Shown: positions 30,659 to 41,398 of the stretch, piece after piece
Layout: every line of letters starts with the position of its first letter
Position numbering within the stretch: the first letter of the stretch is position 1
Source of the DNA: an uncultured Planctomycetota bacterium
GTDB lineage: Bacteria > Planctomycetota > Planctomycetia > Isosphaerales > Isosphaeraceae
Length of the DNA: 64,000 bases
Assembly (NCBI GenBank): GCA_963845755.1
Contig: CAWJTV010000044.1
Span: 50,936-114,935, forward strand
Reading direction: 5' to 3'
Notes under the pieces: model-generated
The model's input: only the letters and a program-made list of their open reading frames with translations
Databases searched by the model: none
What the model was told of the DNA's origin: nothing
Program-made: the position numbers and the translations under genes

Positions 30659-32349
30659 ATGACCTTTCATCTGGACTGGTTGAAGATCGGTAGGGCGACT
30701 CGCGGCACGCCACGACGGTTCCGGACCGGTCGAGGCCGTATCTTCGCGATCGCGCTGATGGGCAGCATGGCGGTGCTTCAGTCGGGCTGCCAGTCAGGCT
30801 CGTTGAGCAATTGCAGAATGTTCAGCCCGTGCGGCTTCCTGGCTCGCACGACGAACCGGATCCTCCACCGAGATAAGGGCTGTTGCGGTTCCACGGCCGT
30901 TTCCGACGGCGTGGTCGATTACGGGCGCCGGCGGGCGTCCTGTCACCTGCCCCGGGCTCCATCCCATCCTACTCATCGGGTGGACCGATCGGAACAACAC
31001 CCTCGACTGTGTCGCCGCCGGCGATCGATAATCCTTCGAACCTCGAGGAAGTACCGAAGGCCAAATCGGTCCCACTGCCCAGCGGTGGCGGGGCGACTTC
31101 GAGCACGGGCTCGGGGGCCAAGAACACCAGTTATTTTGCCCGCCGCAACAGCACGCCCTTGGCGATGCGAGCCGGTCGCAACCCGAGGGGCATGGCGGCC
31201 TCGACGCCTGATCCGGCCACGCGGCCGGTTCCGGCGTCCGCCCGTCCCTCAACGGCCGAGCCGGCCGGCGCCGATAACGACTTACTCGATCATCTGCCGC
31301 CGCTGGACTTGCCGGGCGAGGTGACGAAGTCGGCGACCTCGCCACCGAGCCCGCCCGCCGCGCCGGCCGAGGCGAAAGCCTCGGGCGCGGCGCCGGACGA
31401 TCGTACGACGCAGCGCGATCCCGACGAGGCGGCAGCCGATGTCCGTCTGACGGTCGCGCCCGAGCCCGTGCCGGACTCCGCGTCGGCGGCCGGCATCGGG
31501 ATCGCACGGTTTGCGTCCGTCAACCTCAAACTGGCCGGCGGAGGCCTCCCCTCGGCGGCCGGGTTGACCTGGCTCGTCGAGAAGGGTTACCGGACGCTGG
31601 TGGACCTCCGGGAATCACCCGAGGTCTCTCCCTCGTTCATCACCAGCGTCGCGAACCGGGGACTTCGGTACGTGGCGCTCCCCATCAATCTCAAGACCAT
31701 TGACACCAAAGACGTTGCACGATTCAACTTCGAGGTCGGCGCCGACGACGCGCGGCCCTTATTCTTCTTCGACTCCGACGGATCCCGACCCGGGGCCCTC
31801 TGGTACATCCGCCGCCTGACCGTTGACCAGGTCGACCCCCAACTCGCACGCCGCGAAGCCGAGGAGCTCGGCCTGCTGGACAAGACGGCCTGGCTCGCCA
31901 CAACTCAATACGTGGAAAAACGCAACGCCGATCTGGCTCATCCCGAGTCTGCCCGGTCCGGCGCGACCAACACGTCCTCCCAGACAGAATCCAAAGATCA
32001 TGCGGCCTCTGCCGACCGAGATCGAGGTGACGAAATCCCAGCGATCATGGCGGCGACCGCCGACAACGCGCCCACGCCGACAGCCGGACAATCCAGGTCA
32101 ACGGATGCCAATCGGCGCACCTCCGATCCGATCGGCGACGAGGGGAAACCCGTGGACAAGACAGACTCGCTCCCGATGCGAGATACGCTCGTGTGGCGGC
32201 CGCTGGCGGCCGTGCTGCTCACGGGATTGAGCGTCCCCCTGGTTTACTGGACGCGGACCGCCGTGCCAGCCGTGATTTCCAGGGCTCGGGCCAGTCTGCC
32301 TGCACCGGGGCTTCGACCACGATCGCTTCCCCTCGAATCGGGTGATTGA
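30659..32349 (+). CDS. Lipoprotein with a phosphatase-like (DUF442/PTP-fold) domain; frameshift near 30930
   Basis: Lipobox LQSGC; LAGGGLP...GYRTLVDLRE...PLFFFDSDGSRPG (catalytic Cys absent); C-terminal TM helix. Confidence 0.65.
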
Positions 32350-32953
32350 ACGTCAATTCTCGGGCGTGCAACGCAATCCTTGCCCGACCGTCCCGCGCCA
32401 TGATCCGTGTCGTCGCTCCATATTTCGCGTCGCCCACGATCGGCAAACCGCGCCGCGCCAACTGCACCCTGAGCTGATGACTTCGGCCTGTCCTCGGCCG
32501 CAACTCGACCTTCGTCGCATCAGCCCACCGTTCCACCACTCGAAATGTGACGCAAGCGTCCTTCCCCTCCGAGTCCCCCTCCTCAGCAATCCAAGATCGG
32601 TTGATCCGCCGGTCCTTCTGGACTCGATCGATCCATTCCCCCTCGTTCTCCCCAGGCCCACCCTCGACAATCGCCCAGTAGACCTTTGCGATCGTCCCCG
32701 CGCGAAACTGCGCGGAAAGCCGCCCGGCCGCCTTGCTGGTCTTCGCAATCAGCACCACCCCGGACGTCGGCTGGTCGAGCCGATGGAGCAGCCCGACATA
32801 GACGTTCCCCGGCTTCTCGTACCGTTCCTTGAGATAACGGCTCACGACGTCAACCAGGCTTTCCGAGCCCGTATCATCCCGTTGCGAGGGCAAGCCGGCC
32901 GGCTTGTTGATCGCCAGACAATGATTATCTTCGAACAGCATGTCGAGGTTCAT
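32219..32953 (-). CDS. RluA-family pseudouridine synthase
   Basis: INKPAGL, LHRLDQPTSG, TGRSHQLR, PIVGDAKYG, LHA. Confidence 0.92.
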   Translation of the reverse strand: MNLDMLFEDNHCLAINKPAGLPSQRDDTGSESLVDVVSRYLKERYEKPGNVYVGLLHRLDQPTSGVVLIAKTSKAAGRLSAQFRAGTIAKVYWAIVEGGPGENEGEWIDRVQKDRRINRSWIAEEGDSEGKDACVTFRVVERWADATKVELRPRTGRSHQLRVQLARRGLPIVGDAKYGATTRIMARDGRARIALHARELTFNHPIRGEAIVVEAPVQADWPEPWKSRLARRSASSKPGGRSIP

Positions 32954-34128
32954 CGGGCAGGTTCCGCGGCATCCGTCAGTCGTTTCACCAGGATGGTCGC
33001 ATACGATCCTTTCGATAAGGCAAAGGACAGTCTCAACCCGCGGCGGTCGGGATGAAGTTCGTCCGCGACCGCCGAGAATTCCAGTTCTTCGGCGAAGAAG
33101 AGGCAAGGCCGCGCACCCTTCGAAAAAAAGATGTCCTTCTGGTGCTTGATCCGGAGGTCCGACCAGGCCAGCCCGAATCGTTGGAGCACGTCGTCAACGA
33201 TCGCGCCGAGCCGGCCCTCGGGAAGCGGCGTTCGCGCGGAGGGAAGCGGCAGCATCGTCCGGCTCAATTCTCGCACTTGCTCCGGTTCCATCCGTCGAGG
33301 AAACGGGAAGGTCCCGAGCTTGAGGGCGACCGGAACGAGGGAATCGGCGCCGGCGCATGATTCGAGCCAGCGTGCTAGCACCAGGTTCCACAGGTGGCTC
33401 TGGAATGCCGAGAAATAAAGCGTTCGCAACTCGCGGCGCAGGCGGACAAAGGCACCACGGTAGTCCGTCGGATGGTCGACCAGGTAGGTCACGATGCTGC
33501 GGGTTGACGAGCGCGGAAGTAACGCCTTCGCCTCCGCCCAGTGCCCCCAGTGAGCGCGGAGTATGGCCTTCTGCGACTTGATCGCCGAGCGGTCGAATGG
33601 GTTCGGTTCGGCCAGGGCGAGCCGCAACGCTCTTTCGTGTCCGGCCAGCAGCCAGGCCTGGGCTACGAAGTCACCGGATTGGCCCACAGACCCGAACCGT
33701 TGATCGTCGAAGTAGTTTGGAAGCCCCACCTTCGGGATCGTCTCGATCTCCGCGACGGCCAGGTCCAGCTCGCCGTCGGTCAATCCTCTGAGGATCAGTT
33801 CGAACCGATTGCCACGCAGGTCCCTCGACGAGTATGCATGATCGAGGCGACCCACCGGTTCGAGGTCGAATTTCGTCGTGTTGATGGAGCGACTGGGCCC
33901 ATCCGCGATGGTGAGATACTGGACGGTCCGCGCGTGCCGATCCTTCAAGCCCGCGTAGCTGACCCGTCGGCCGGAGAGGTTCCATCGCCGGCAAATGGCC
34001 TCGACCGCCTCGAGCGTGCCCAGGTCTCGCTTGGTGAGCCGATAATAGGTGTACCGTCCTCCTCCGCCCGGCCGGACCAGCGACAACTCCTCCACGCGAA
34101 AGTCTTCTGGCAAGCACTTCAGCTTCAT
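32950..34128 (-). CDS. truD: tRNA pseudouridine(13) synthase
   Basis: PEDFRVEE, YAGLKDRHA.T.Q, GNRF, PNYFDDQRFG, SAFQSHLWN, F.LSKGSYAT. Confidence 0.93.
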   Translation of the reverse strand: MKLKCLPEDFRVEELSLVRPGGGGRYTYYRLTKRDLGTLEAVEAICRRWNLSGRRVSYAGLKDRHARTVQYLTIADGPSRSINTTKFDLEPVGRLDHAYSSRDLRGNRFELILRGLTDGELDLAVAEIETIPKVGLPNYFDDQRFGSVGQSGDFVAQAWLLAGHERALRLALAEPNPFDRSAIKSQKAILRAHWGHWAEAKALLPRSSTRSIVTYLVDHPTDYRGAFVRLRRELRTLYFSAFQSHLWNLVLARWLESCAGADSLVPVALKLGTFPFPRRMEPEQVRELSRTMLPLPSARTPLPEGRLGAIVDDVLQRFGLAWSDLRIKHQKDIFFSKGARPCLFFAEELEFSAVADELHPDRRGLRLSFALSKGSYATILVKRLTDAAEPAR

Positions 34129-34881
34129 GATCAGGACCGAGCCGGAAGGCCGATGGGCAGCCGTATTCCACCGCGAATCCGGGCCGCCTGCCCGAGAGGG
34201 ACCGCGGCCTCCTCATCAATGGTAACACGGTTGCGACATGGCCGGCCAGGCTCGGCACACACGGGAGACGATCCCGACTCCCCTCGCACTGGAGAACGCG
34301 ACAAGTCAACTGCAGGAATTCAACGACTCCCGAGGCACATACCTCGGAGACCGTGCGGACTCGTTACAGAAGCATGGCCCGAACATCCGATATCACAACC
34401 AATTACGACAAAGTCTCGATCCAGGCAGTCGATCCCTGCCGTCTGGATTCCAACGCCCCGCGAGAAAGAGTTCGCATTTTTTCCCGAATAACGTGGAAAT
34501 GGGAGCCCAGGCTGTATACAAGTTACTGGCCTGTCGCGGGCTGCGCCCGATCGACCGAACCCGGAAGCCGATCGATCCCTGAATCGACTCCGCCAAAAAA
34601 AAGCCGCCCCTGAGCGATCCACGTCGATCGGAATGTCCAATGACCCGTGATGTTTGTGTACCGATGTCTGAGCTCAACTGCTGCCTGAACCAGCCCCCTG
34701 GTCTTTCGGGCTCCTGCGATTCTTCAAACAACTGATCAGTCCGATGCGGCGGCAACGTGAGACGAACACGCCAGCCTGAATGGACCCGTAGCGTTCGATC
34801 GACCCGGACCTCCCGATTGAGTCGACGAATCGACGCACGGCGAATTCCCGCCTCGATAGTATCTCAATCACAAGGTTGATC

Positions 34882-35763
34882 ATGGCGACAACGACGACTG
34901 CGCCGGCAGCGCCTTACAGACTGGCCTGGGGCCCGCTCATCTGGATCGGGGGCCTGCACCTTGGTGCAGCCCTGGGATTCTATTGGGGGTTTTTCTCCTG
35001 GTCCGGTCTGGCGCTCTGTCTCTTCTTGCATTGGCTGACGGGCGGTATCGGGATCTGCCTGTGCTATCACCGCCTCTTGACCCATCGAAGCTTCGCGTTA
35101 CGGCCGGCCTGGCTCGAATACGTATTGACCGTCGTGGGGACCTGTGCGTCGGAAGGAGGCCCGATTGGCTGGGTGGCCGACCACCGGCGTCACCATGCCC
35201 ACTCCGATGACGAAGACGATACGCACACCCCGAACGAGGGCTTCGCCTGGGCGCATATGGGCTGGTGGATGAAGGTCGAGGAGTCCTCGGAGCATTCTCC
35301 GGAGTATTACGAGAAATGGGCACCTGATCTCTATCGGGATCCGGTCCATCGTTGGCTAGAGCGTTACCATCTCCTATTCCCGATAATGCTCTTCGCGGCC
35401 CTGTACGCCGCGGGTGGGATGAAGTGGCTGGTCTGGGGGGGGTTCGTGCGGTCGGTCCTCGTGCTGCATTCGACGTGGCTGGTGAACTCGGCGAGCCACA
35501 TCTGGGGATATCGCTCGCATGTGACTCGGGACAACTCGACGAACCTCTGGTGGGTCGCGCTGCTGACCTACGGCGAAGGCTGGCACAACAATCACCACGC
35601 CTATCAGACGTCCGCGCGACATGGCCTGAGATGGTGGGAAGTTGACGCAACTTATATCACGATCTGGATGATGAAAGTGTGCCGCATCGCGTACAACATC
35701 CGGCTGCCCAGGATCCGCACTGCGGATGTGCCCAACATGGCCTCGGCCGGTTCGGCGAGCTGA
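34882..35763 (+). CDS. Acyl-CoA/acyl-lipid delta-9-type fatty acid desaturase
   Basis: His boxes HRLLTH, HRRHH and GEGWHNNHH. Confidence 0.93.
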   Translation: MATTTTAPAAPYRLAWGPLIWIGGLHLGAALGFYWGFFSWSGLALCLFLHWLTGGIGICLCYHRLLTHRSFALRPAWLEYVLTVVGTCASEGGPIGWVADHRRHHAHSDDEDDTHTPNEGFAWAHMGWWMKVEESSEHSPEYYEKWAPDLYRDPVHRWLERYHLLFPIMLFAALYAAGGMKWLVWGGFVRSVLVLHSTWLVNSASHIWGYRSHVTRDNSTNLWWVALLTYGEGWHNNHHAYQTSARHGLRWWEVDATYITIWMMKVCRIAYNIRLPRIRTADVPNMASAGSAS

Positions 35764-35833
35764 TTGCCGGAGCCCGGTTACCGTCTCTTGCCTTCGCAGC
35801 GGTGAACGGCGAAGATGGGGGAGCCTCGACACA

Positions 35834-36262
35834 GCGGCCCTAGCTCAACGGCAGAGCAGGGGACTCATCACGACAAAAGGTGGCAGCGGAGGGTAACCTT
35901 CGATTGCGAACCGGGTGAATTGCGGGAAACCTAAACTTCGATCGATTCCGATGGGCCCGGGTCTGTCATTCCGAATTCGGATGGGCCTGAGCGATCGGTG
36001 AACGAACTGGGGCAGGGCAATCCGCAGCCAAGCCTGGCCGGGCATCGGTGGCCAGGACGGTTCAGAGACTAGCGGGGTGAGTCCCAACAATAATCCCCGC
36101 CGACGAGCGCCCGGCCTCCTCGCGAATCGCCAACGGCCTCGGAGCGTCAGCGACGCCTCGAAGTCAGCCGCGATCGCCGAGGAGGATGAGATAGTCCAAG
36201 CCTCGTGGAAACACGAGGGCACTTGAATCCCTTGGTTGCAGGTTCGAATCCTGCGGGCCGCA
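35834..36262 (+). tRNA. tRNA(CAT), most likely Ile2 (lysidine), split by an intron; exons 35834..35868 and 36226..36262
   Basis: Joined exons give a 72-nt cloverleaf: GCGGCCC/GGGCCGC acceptor stem, GGGGA-CTCATAA-TCCCT anticodon arm, GCAGG-TTCGAAT-CCTGC T-arm; the G1-C72 pair argues against fMet. Confidence 0.92.
35869..36225 (+). ncRNA. Group I self-splicing intron, 357 nt, no internal ORF
   Basis: P AATTGCGGGAAA, Q AATCCGCAGC, R GTTCAGAGACTA, S GAGATAGTCC; P3 CCGGGTG/CGCCCGG; P7 GACTA/TAGTC; P9 CCTCGTG-GAAA-CACGAGG; exon ends in U and intron ends in G. Confidence 0.93.
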
Positions 36263-36327
36263 TGGATCGGATTGTTGTTCTCGTTCCTGAGCCCCTCTGC
36301 CGATCGTGACCTTTCAGGGCCTTCGCG

Positions 36328-38619
36328 ATGGCCCCTGCCGAGCACGACACGTCACAGCCGACAGACACCGCGGTGGAAATACCTACCACGCAGCCTCGAC
36401 GATCCTTCCGGATCTACCGCATCGGGAAGGCGGTGGGACCGACCCTGATCGTCACGCTCTGTCTGCTCCACAGTCTGGCGATCTGGACGGGTCTGGGTGG
36501 AATTACTGGTCTGACCAATGGTTGGCCGCTGTGGCGTGACGACCATCCGCTTTACTTCCACAGTGCCCTGGTCACTCGTGACTTCTTGAGGGACTCGTAC
36601 ACCACGGCCGGCTACGACGCCAGCTTCATGTCGGGTTATGCCAAGAGCGTCGTGTTCCCCGCCTCCTCCACCGTTCCCGAGCTAGTCGTCGCGCTCTTCG
36701 GTGGCACTCATCCCGAGTTCGCATACAAGGTGTATGTGCTGATCTCGGCCGCGGCAGTGCCCTGGCTGATCGCGCTGGCCTGCGTCCTCTGGCACGTCCG
36801 GCATGCATCGACAGTGACCGCCGTCTCGTTGGTCCTTATGTATCTCTGGACGGATTTCCCCATAAGTTATGTTACCTTCGGAATGCTCCCTTACTTCCTG
36901 GGAATCCCCGTTGGATTGGTCGCAATCGGGAGCTTCACGCGTTACTTGAGGCTTGGGGGATGGGGCAACTGGTTGCTGGCCGCCAGCCTCATGAGCCTGG
37001 CTGTCCTCGTCCACCTGACGACCGCGATGGTCATCGCGCCTGCGGCCCTGCTTGCCTATCTCGTCGGATGCATGAGACCGGGATCGATTGCGCCCGAGGG
37101 CCTGCTGGAGTCTGGACCCGCGGGGACCGTCTCGGAGCCGGGTTTCCCAGGGCGCTGGAGCTGGACGCGCCATCTGGGAGTCTGGCTGATTCCGGCTTGC
37201 GTGCTGGCCCTCAACGCATTCTGGTGGGTACCCGGCATCTGGTTGTCGTCCACGAAGGGACCCAGCGATTTTGCCTTCCACCATCCGGAAGGCGTGCTCG
37301 GCCGCCTGGCTCAGATCATCGTCGGGCCCGAGGCACCCATCCAGAGCATCCTGCTGGCCCTGGGCCTGCCGGGGCTGGCCTGGATGGTTCGCCGGCAACG
37401 AATCGAGGGTGTCGCGTTGCTGGGGTTCTGCGCCGCGGGCCTGTTCTGGGGTTACCTGGCCGGCTTCCTCCGCCGTCTCGACTTCTTGCAGCCAGGGCGA
37501 CATACCTACGCGCTCTACACCGGGCTGGCCATCGCAGGTGCCCTGGGACTCGAGGAACTGGCGCGGCGACTTCGCATGACGGCTCGGAGCCGCGACCAAT
37601 TCCATCGCTGGGTGATGCTAGGAGTGGTCGTGATCGCCGTGCGAATGGTCGGCACTCCCATGTTCGACGCGATCCGATCCCTCAGATCCGCCGGAGAGCC
37701 CTTCCTGTCGAGTCGGCCGTCTCCGCGGTTGCTGTGGGTCCTCAAGCACGTTCGCCGCCATGTCCAGCCCGGCGAGCGCCTGCTCTACGAGGAAGGGGGT
37801 AAGGATCTACCCGGCATTCCCGATCCCTTCCATCACGGACGATTCAGCGGCCTCCTCCCCCAGCGCACCAGCATCGAACTTCTCGGCGGTCCCTATTTGC
37901 ACGCCTCACTGACGACGAACTTCACCCAGTTTGGCGAGGGCAAACTTTTCGGGCGACCAGGCTGGTACCAAGTCTTATGCGAAGACCTGTCGAAGATCGA
38001 CCTGGCCCTGGCGGAGAAAGTGTTTGGATGGGAGGACCGCTCCCGACTGGAACAGCTCCGCGACAAACGCACCGCGATGGCGCCTACCATGCTCGCCCGA
38101 TGGGAGGGGCTGGACGGGTTCCTGGACAAGTTGCGGAGGCTCGACCCCACAGTGGCGGCGAAGATCTTCGGCCGGAGCGGGTGGGACCGCGATTTCTTCG
38201 TGCGATATGCCAGGATCTATCGCCCGTCGGCGATCTTGTGCTGGAGTCCGGACGCACGCTGGTTCTGCCGGAATAACCCCGATCTGATCCGGATTCTCGA
38301 AGATGACGGAACGCTCCTGCTCGGCCAGGTGATCGGCTTCGGCGGCGACACGATCCGGGGCCAGGCAAAGGTCGAGGCAGGATCGGGTCGGATTCGGGTC
38401 CGGGACCTTTCTCCCGGACTTGACGGATCCGTCGTGCTGCGGTATCACTTCGTGCCGTGTCTGACGACCAGACCGCCGGTCGCATGCGAGCCGGAGTACC
38501 TCGAGGAGGATCCGGTCCCTTTCATCCGCCTGCGACCGCCACCCGGAATACGCGACGTCGAGCTCGAGCTGGCTCTCCCCGGCCGGGATAAGTCCGCCGG
38601 GACTCCGCTCGACCGATGA
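36328..38619 (+). CDS. Polytopic membrane protein, GT-C/YfhO-like
   Basis: DDHPLY...YDASFMSGY N-terminal loop, many TM helices, C-terminal soluble domain (VVLRYH). Confidence 0.65.
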   Translation: MAPAEHDTSQPTDTAVEIPTTQPRRSFRIYRIGKAVGPTLIVTLCLLHSLAIWTGLGGITGLTNGWPLWRDDHPLYFHSALVTRDFLRDSYTTAGYDASFMSGYAKSVVFPASSTVPELVVALFGGTHPEFAYKVYVLISAAAVPWLIALACVLWHVRHASTVTAVSLVLMYLWTDFPISYVTFGMLPYFLGIPVGLVAIGSFTRYLRLGGWGNWLLAASLMSLAVLVHLTTAMVIAPAALLAYLVGCMRPGSIAPEGLLESGPAGTVSEPGFPGRWSWTRHLGVWLIPACVLALNAFWWVPGIWLSSTKGPSDFAFHHPEGVLGRLAQIIVGPEAPIQSILLALGLPGLAWMVRRQRIEGVALLGFCAAGLFWGYLAGFLRRLDFLQPGRHTYALYTGLAIAGALGLEELARRLRMTARSRDQFHRWVMLGVVVIAVRMVGTPMFDAIRSLRSAGEPFLSSRPSPRLLWVLKHVRRHVQPGERLLYEEGGKDLPGIPDPFHHGRFSGLLPQRTSIELLGGPYLHASLTTNFTQFGEGKLFGRPGWYQVLCEDLSKIDLALAEKVFGWEDRSRLEQLRDKRTAMAPTMLARWEGLDGFLDKLRRLDPTVAAKIFGRSGWDRDFFVRYARIYRPSAILCWSPDARWFCRNNPDLIRILEDDGTLLLGQVIGFGGDTIRGQAKVEAGSGRIRVRDLSPGLDGSVVLRYHFVPCLTTRPPVACEPEYLEEDPVPFIRLRPPPGIRDVELELALPGRDKSAGTPLDR

Positions 38620-38686
38620 TCGGGACGCGCACTTCGCACGCCGACGAATTGTGTAAGCGTGGCCGTCTCCAGGGAAGGGGTATGCC

Positions 38687-40087
38687 GTGCCAGCGATGGA
38701 TGCCGGACTGACCGAGCAAGTTCGCCGCGACCAACTCTCGCGCTGGGTCTTCTGGTCGCTCTGGGCGACGATCATCTTGATCGCCGCGGCGTTCTATTAC
38801 GAGAAAGCCGCGGACCACAAGAGTGCCTTCGTGCGCTGGAGGCCCCAGGTCCTGCAGTTCTGGCACGGGGTGAACATCTACGACAAGATGCTCTTCCCCA
38901 ACCCGCCCATGATGCCGATCTCGCTCTATCCGCTGATGACGCTCCCGACCGTCGCGGGTGCGATGTGCTGGTTCGCGATCAAGGTCGCCATGACGACCCT
39001 CGCGCTGATCATGTGTTTTCGGATCGCGCAGCCGACCGAACGCACGCTGCCCCCCATGTTCCGATCTCTCGTCTTACTCCTGAGCCTTCGCCCGATCCTT
39101 GGCGACCTCCACCACGGCAATAATAACCTGCTCATCCTGTTCCTGATCGTCTCGATGCTCTACGCCTGGCGGAGCGGCTATGACATCGTGGCCGGCCTCC
39201 TCCTGGCCCTGGCGACCACCTACAAGGTGACGCCGGCCCTGTTCTTCGTCTACTTCGCCTACAAGCGCTCCTGGCGGACCGTCTTCTGGGGATTGCTGGG
39301 GATGGGCTGCTTCCTCATCATTATCCCCAGCCTAATCGTCGGTACCGAGTTCAATGGCGAGTGCCTGGGCATGTGGTGGCACAGGATGGTCGCTCCCTAT
39401 GTCGTCAAGGGCGCCGCAAGCCCCGTTTTCATCAACCAATCCCTCGTCGGCGTGATCTACCGCCTGTTCACGGATCGAATGCCCGGATCGGGGCACTACG
39501 TGATGGATAGGGATATAAACATAGTATCACTAAGTCCATGGATCGTCAAGCAACTGATCAAGGCGATCATCCTGCTGCTCCTCGGCCTGCTCGCGTTCCT
39601 TTGCCGGACGAAGACGACGGATCGGCGGGATCCGCGCCTGCTCGGCGAGTTCGCGCTGGTTGTTCTGACGATGCTTTTCGTGTCGGAACGAAGCTGGAAA
39701 CATCATTATGTGACGGTCCTCCTGCCGATCACTTACCTGGTTGCGGAATTCTTCTCGCCGCGACTGGGGCGGAGAGGCCGAACGGCGATCATCCTGGCCT
39801 GGGCGGTTTCCTTCGGCCTGATGGCGTCCACCTCGCCCGAGATCGGGGGCATTTTCGCCGATGGCGAGGGTCACGAGATCGCCCAGGGATATGGACTGTT
39901 CATGTGGGCCGGGGTGGTCCTCTATGCGACCGTCGGCTGGCGGGTCTGGGCCCGCCGTCGCGAACCGTCGCCGGATCTCCGATCTTGCGACCACCGCGGC
40001 GATCGGCTCCCACCCACACGGTGGGACCCTCCGGAGCGACTCGCGACGGGCCGGCCGTCGGCCCGGAGGATTTTCCTTGGTCGTTGA
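38687..40087 (+). CDS. GT87-family (DUF2029) membrane glycosyltransferase
   Basis: FPNPP, HGNNNLL, LALA...KVTP, NQSL, SWKHHY. Confidence 0.8.
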   Translation: MPAMDAGLTEQVRRDQLSRWVFWSLWATIILIAAAFYYEKAADHKSAFVRWRPQVLQFWHGVNIYDKMLFPNPPMMPISLYPLMTLPTVAGAMCWFAIKVAMTTLALIMCFRIAQPTERTLPPMFRSLVLLLSLRPILGDLHHGNNNLLILFLIVSMLYAWRSGYDIVAGLLLALATTYKVTPALFFVYFAYKRSWRTVFWGLLGMGCFLIIIPSLIVGTEFNGECLGMWWHRMVAPYVVKGAASPVFINQSLVGVIYRLFTDRMPGSGHYVMDRDINIVSLSPWIVKQLIKAIILLLLGLLAFLCRTKTTDRRDPRLLGEFALVVLTMLFVSERSWKHHYVTVLLPITYLVAEFFSPRLGRRGRTAIILAWAVSFGLMASTSPEIGGIFADGEGHEIAQGYGLFMWAGVVLYATVGWRVWARRREPSPDLRSCDHRGDRLPPTRWDPPERLATGRPSARRIFLGR

Positions 40088-40099
40088 ATGACTCTAGTC

Positions 40100-40142
40100 A
40101 GGGGGAGACCGGCTCCAAGCCTTCGGGATACCTGTCTCCCCT
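40100..40142. repeat. Degenerate REP-like palindrome
   Basis: GGGGAGACCGGCTCC...CCTGTCTCCCC resembles the reverse complement of 45014..45051. Confidence 0.5.
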
Positions 40143-40378
40143 GGGAAACAGCCCCTGATCGGCGGCGAGGTCGGGTTTCGGCGTGCCGCCGTCCTCGTCA
40201 TCCCGCTCGGCAAATCCATCAGACTCTGTCGCATCACGTCGCGGTTTTTCGATCAATCTCCCATACAACCGGAGTCCCGGAGACCAGGAAGGTTGCCGGG
40301 CGGGACCGTCGTGGTCCGGCTGGTTTCACCTCGGCTGATTCCTCACTTCCCAGTCTGGTCGAAGGCCAAGGAGGGCCT

Positions 40379-41398
40379 ATGTTCACGTCAAAGGACTTAC
40401 CTCGTGTGCGCCGTGGCAGGTGCCTTGCGCCTGATGTGCTGGAACCGCGTATGGTCTTGAGCTCCGGCCAGGGGAGCACTTTTGCCATCATGCCGGGCTC
40501 TATCGACTCCGCCGGCCAGGTCTCCTCGGTCCCGTTCACCATCGACCCTTCCTTGTTTACCCCGGCCTCCGGCATGCACGGCAAGATGATGATCGGAATC
40601 GATGTCACGCCCGCCACGGCGTCGACCACGACTTCGGGCACGGCCGCGCCGATCACGCTGCGGCCCGACGTCGTTTCGGTCACGAGCTCCACTGGCCAGG
40701 TGATCAAGGTCGATCACACGCATTATTATCCGAAGATCGCGAAGGCCAATCATCTCGGGCATACGCCCACATCGGCGGTCCTCCTGACGATGAAGGTGCC
40801 GGCCACGGGCGATGCCCCGGTGGGCTACTCGGTCCAGATCAAGGGGATGGATCATACGACCGGGAAATACCTGCTCGGCTTCTACCTCCCCGGCGACGCC
40901 AACGGAGACGGCACGGTCAACAGCACGGACATCACCACGATCAAGTCGCTCAAGGGCGACGCCGCGACAAGCTCCAACTACAATTTCGACGCAGATGTCA
41001 ACCGCGACGGTATCATCAACAAGAAAGACGTCAATCTGGCCGAAGAGAACCTCGGTGCCTCGACGAAGGTCAGCCCGGTGGTCTCGGTGAATCTCGACCC
41101 GGCTTCGGACCCGAGCCTGGATCGGACGACGCCCTACAGTACGGTCCACTTCGCGGGCGAGATGACGCCCGGCGCCACGATTACGTACGCGAACAACCAG
41201 AATAACGGGGCGGCGACCACGGCCACGGCCGACTCGACCGGTGCCTATAGCATCATGGTGCCGCTCGTCTCGGGCTCGAACACGTTCAGCGTCACAACAA
41301 ACGACGGATTCGGCCAATCGATCTCCGGACAAATCTCGCCGGTGGTCTATGACCCGAACTCGACCACGACGAGCCCTAGCAGCACATCCTCGTCGTAG
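40379..41398 (+). CDS. Secreted protein with a dockerin-like Ca-binding pair and an Ig-like domain
   Basis: Planctomycete-type LEPRMVLS motif; GDANGDGTVNSTDI and ADVNRDGIINKKDV. Confidence 0.8.
   Translation: MFTSKDLPRVRRGRCLAPDVLEPRMVLSSGQGSTFAIMPGSIDSAGQVSSVPFTIDPSLFTPASGMHGKMMIGIDVTPATASTTTSGTAAPITLRPDVVSVTSSTGQVIKVDHTHYYPKIAKANHLGHTPTSAVLLTMKVPATGDAPVGYSVQIKGMDHTTGKYLLGFYLPGDANGDGTVNSTDITTIKSLKGDAATSSNYNFDADVNRDGIINKKDVNLAEENLGASTKVSPVVSVNLDPASDPSLDRTTPYSTVHFAGEMTPGATITYANNQNNGAATTATADSTGAYSIMVPLVSGSNTFSVTTNDGFGQSISGQISPVVYDPNSTTTSPSSTSSS

Noticed and set aside
34130..34875. Small ORFs or ncRNA between truD and the desaturase
   Set aside because: No motif, RBS or structure I can support; likely a divergent promoter region
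35845..36345. 166-aa minus-strand ORF, possible homing endonuclease
   Set aside because: Antisense to the tRNA and intron; no LAGLIDADG, HNH or GIY-YIG motif
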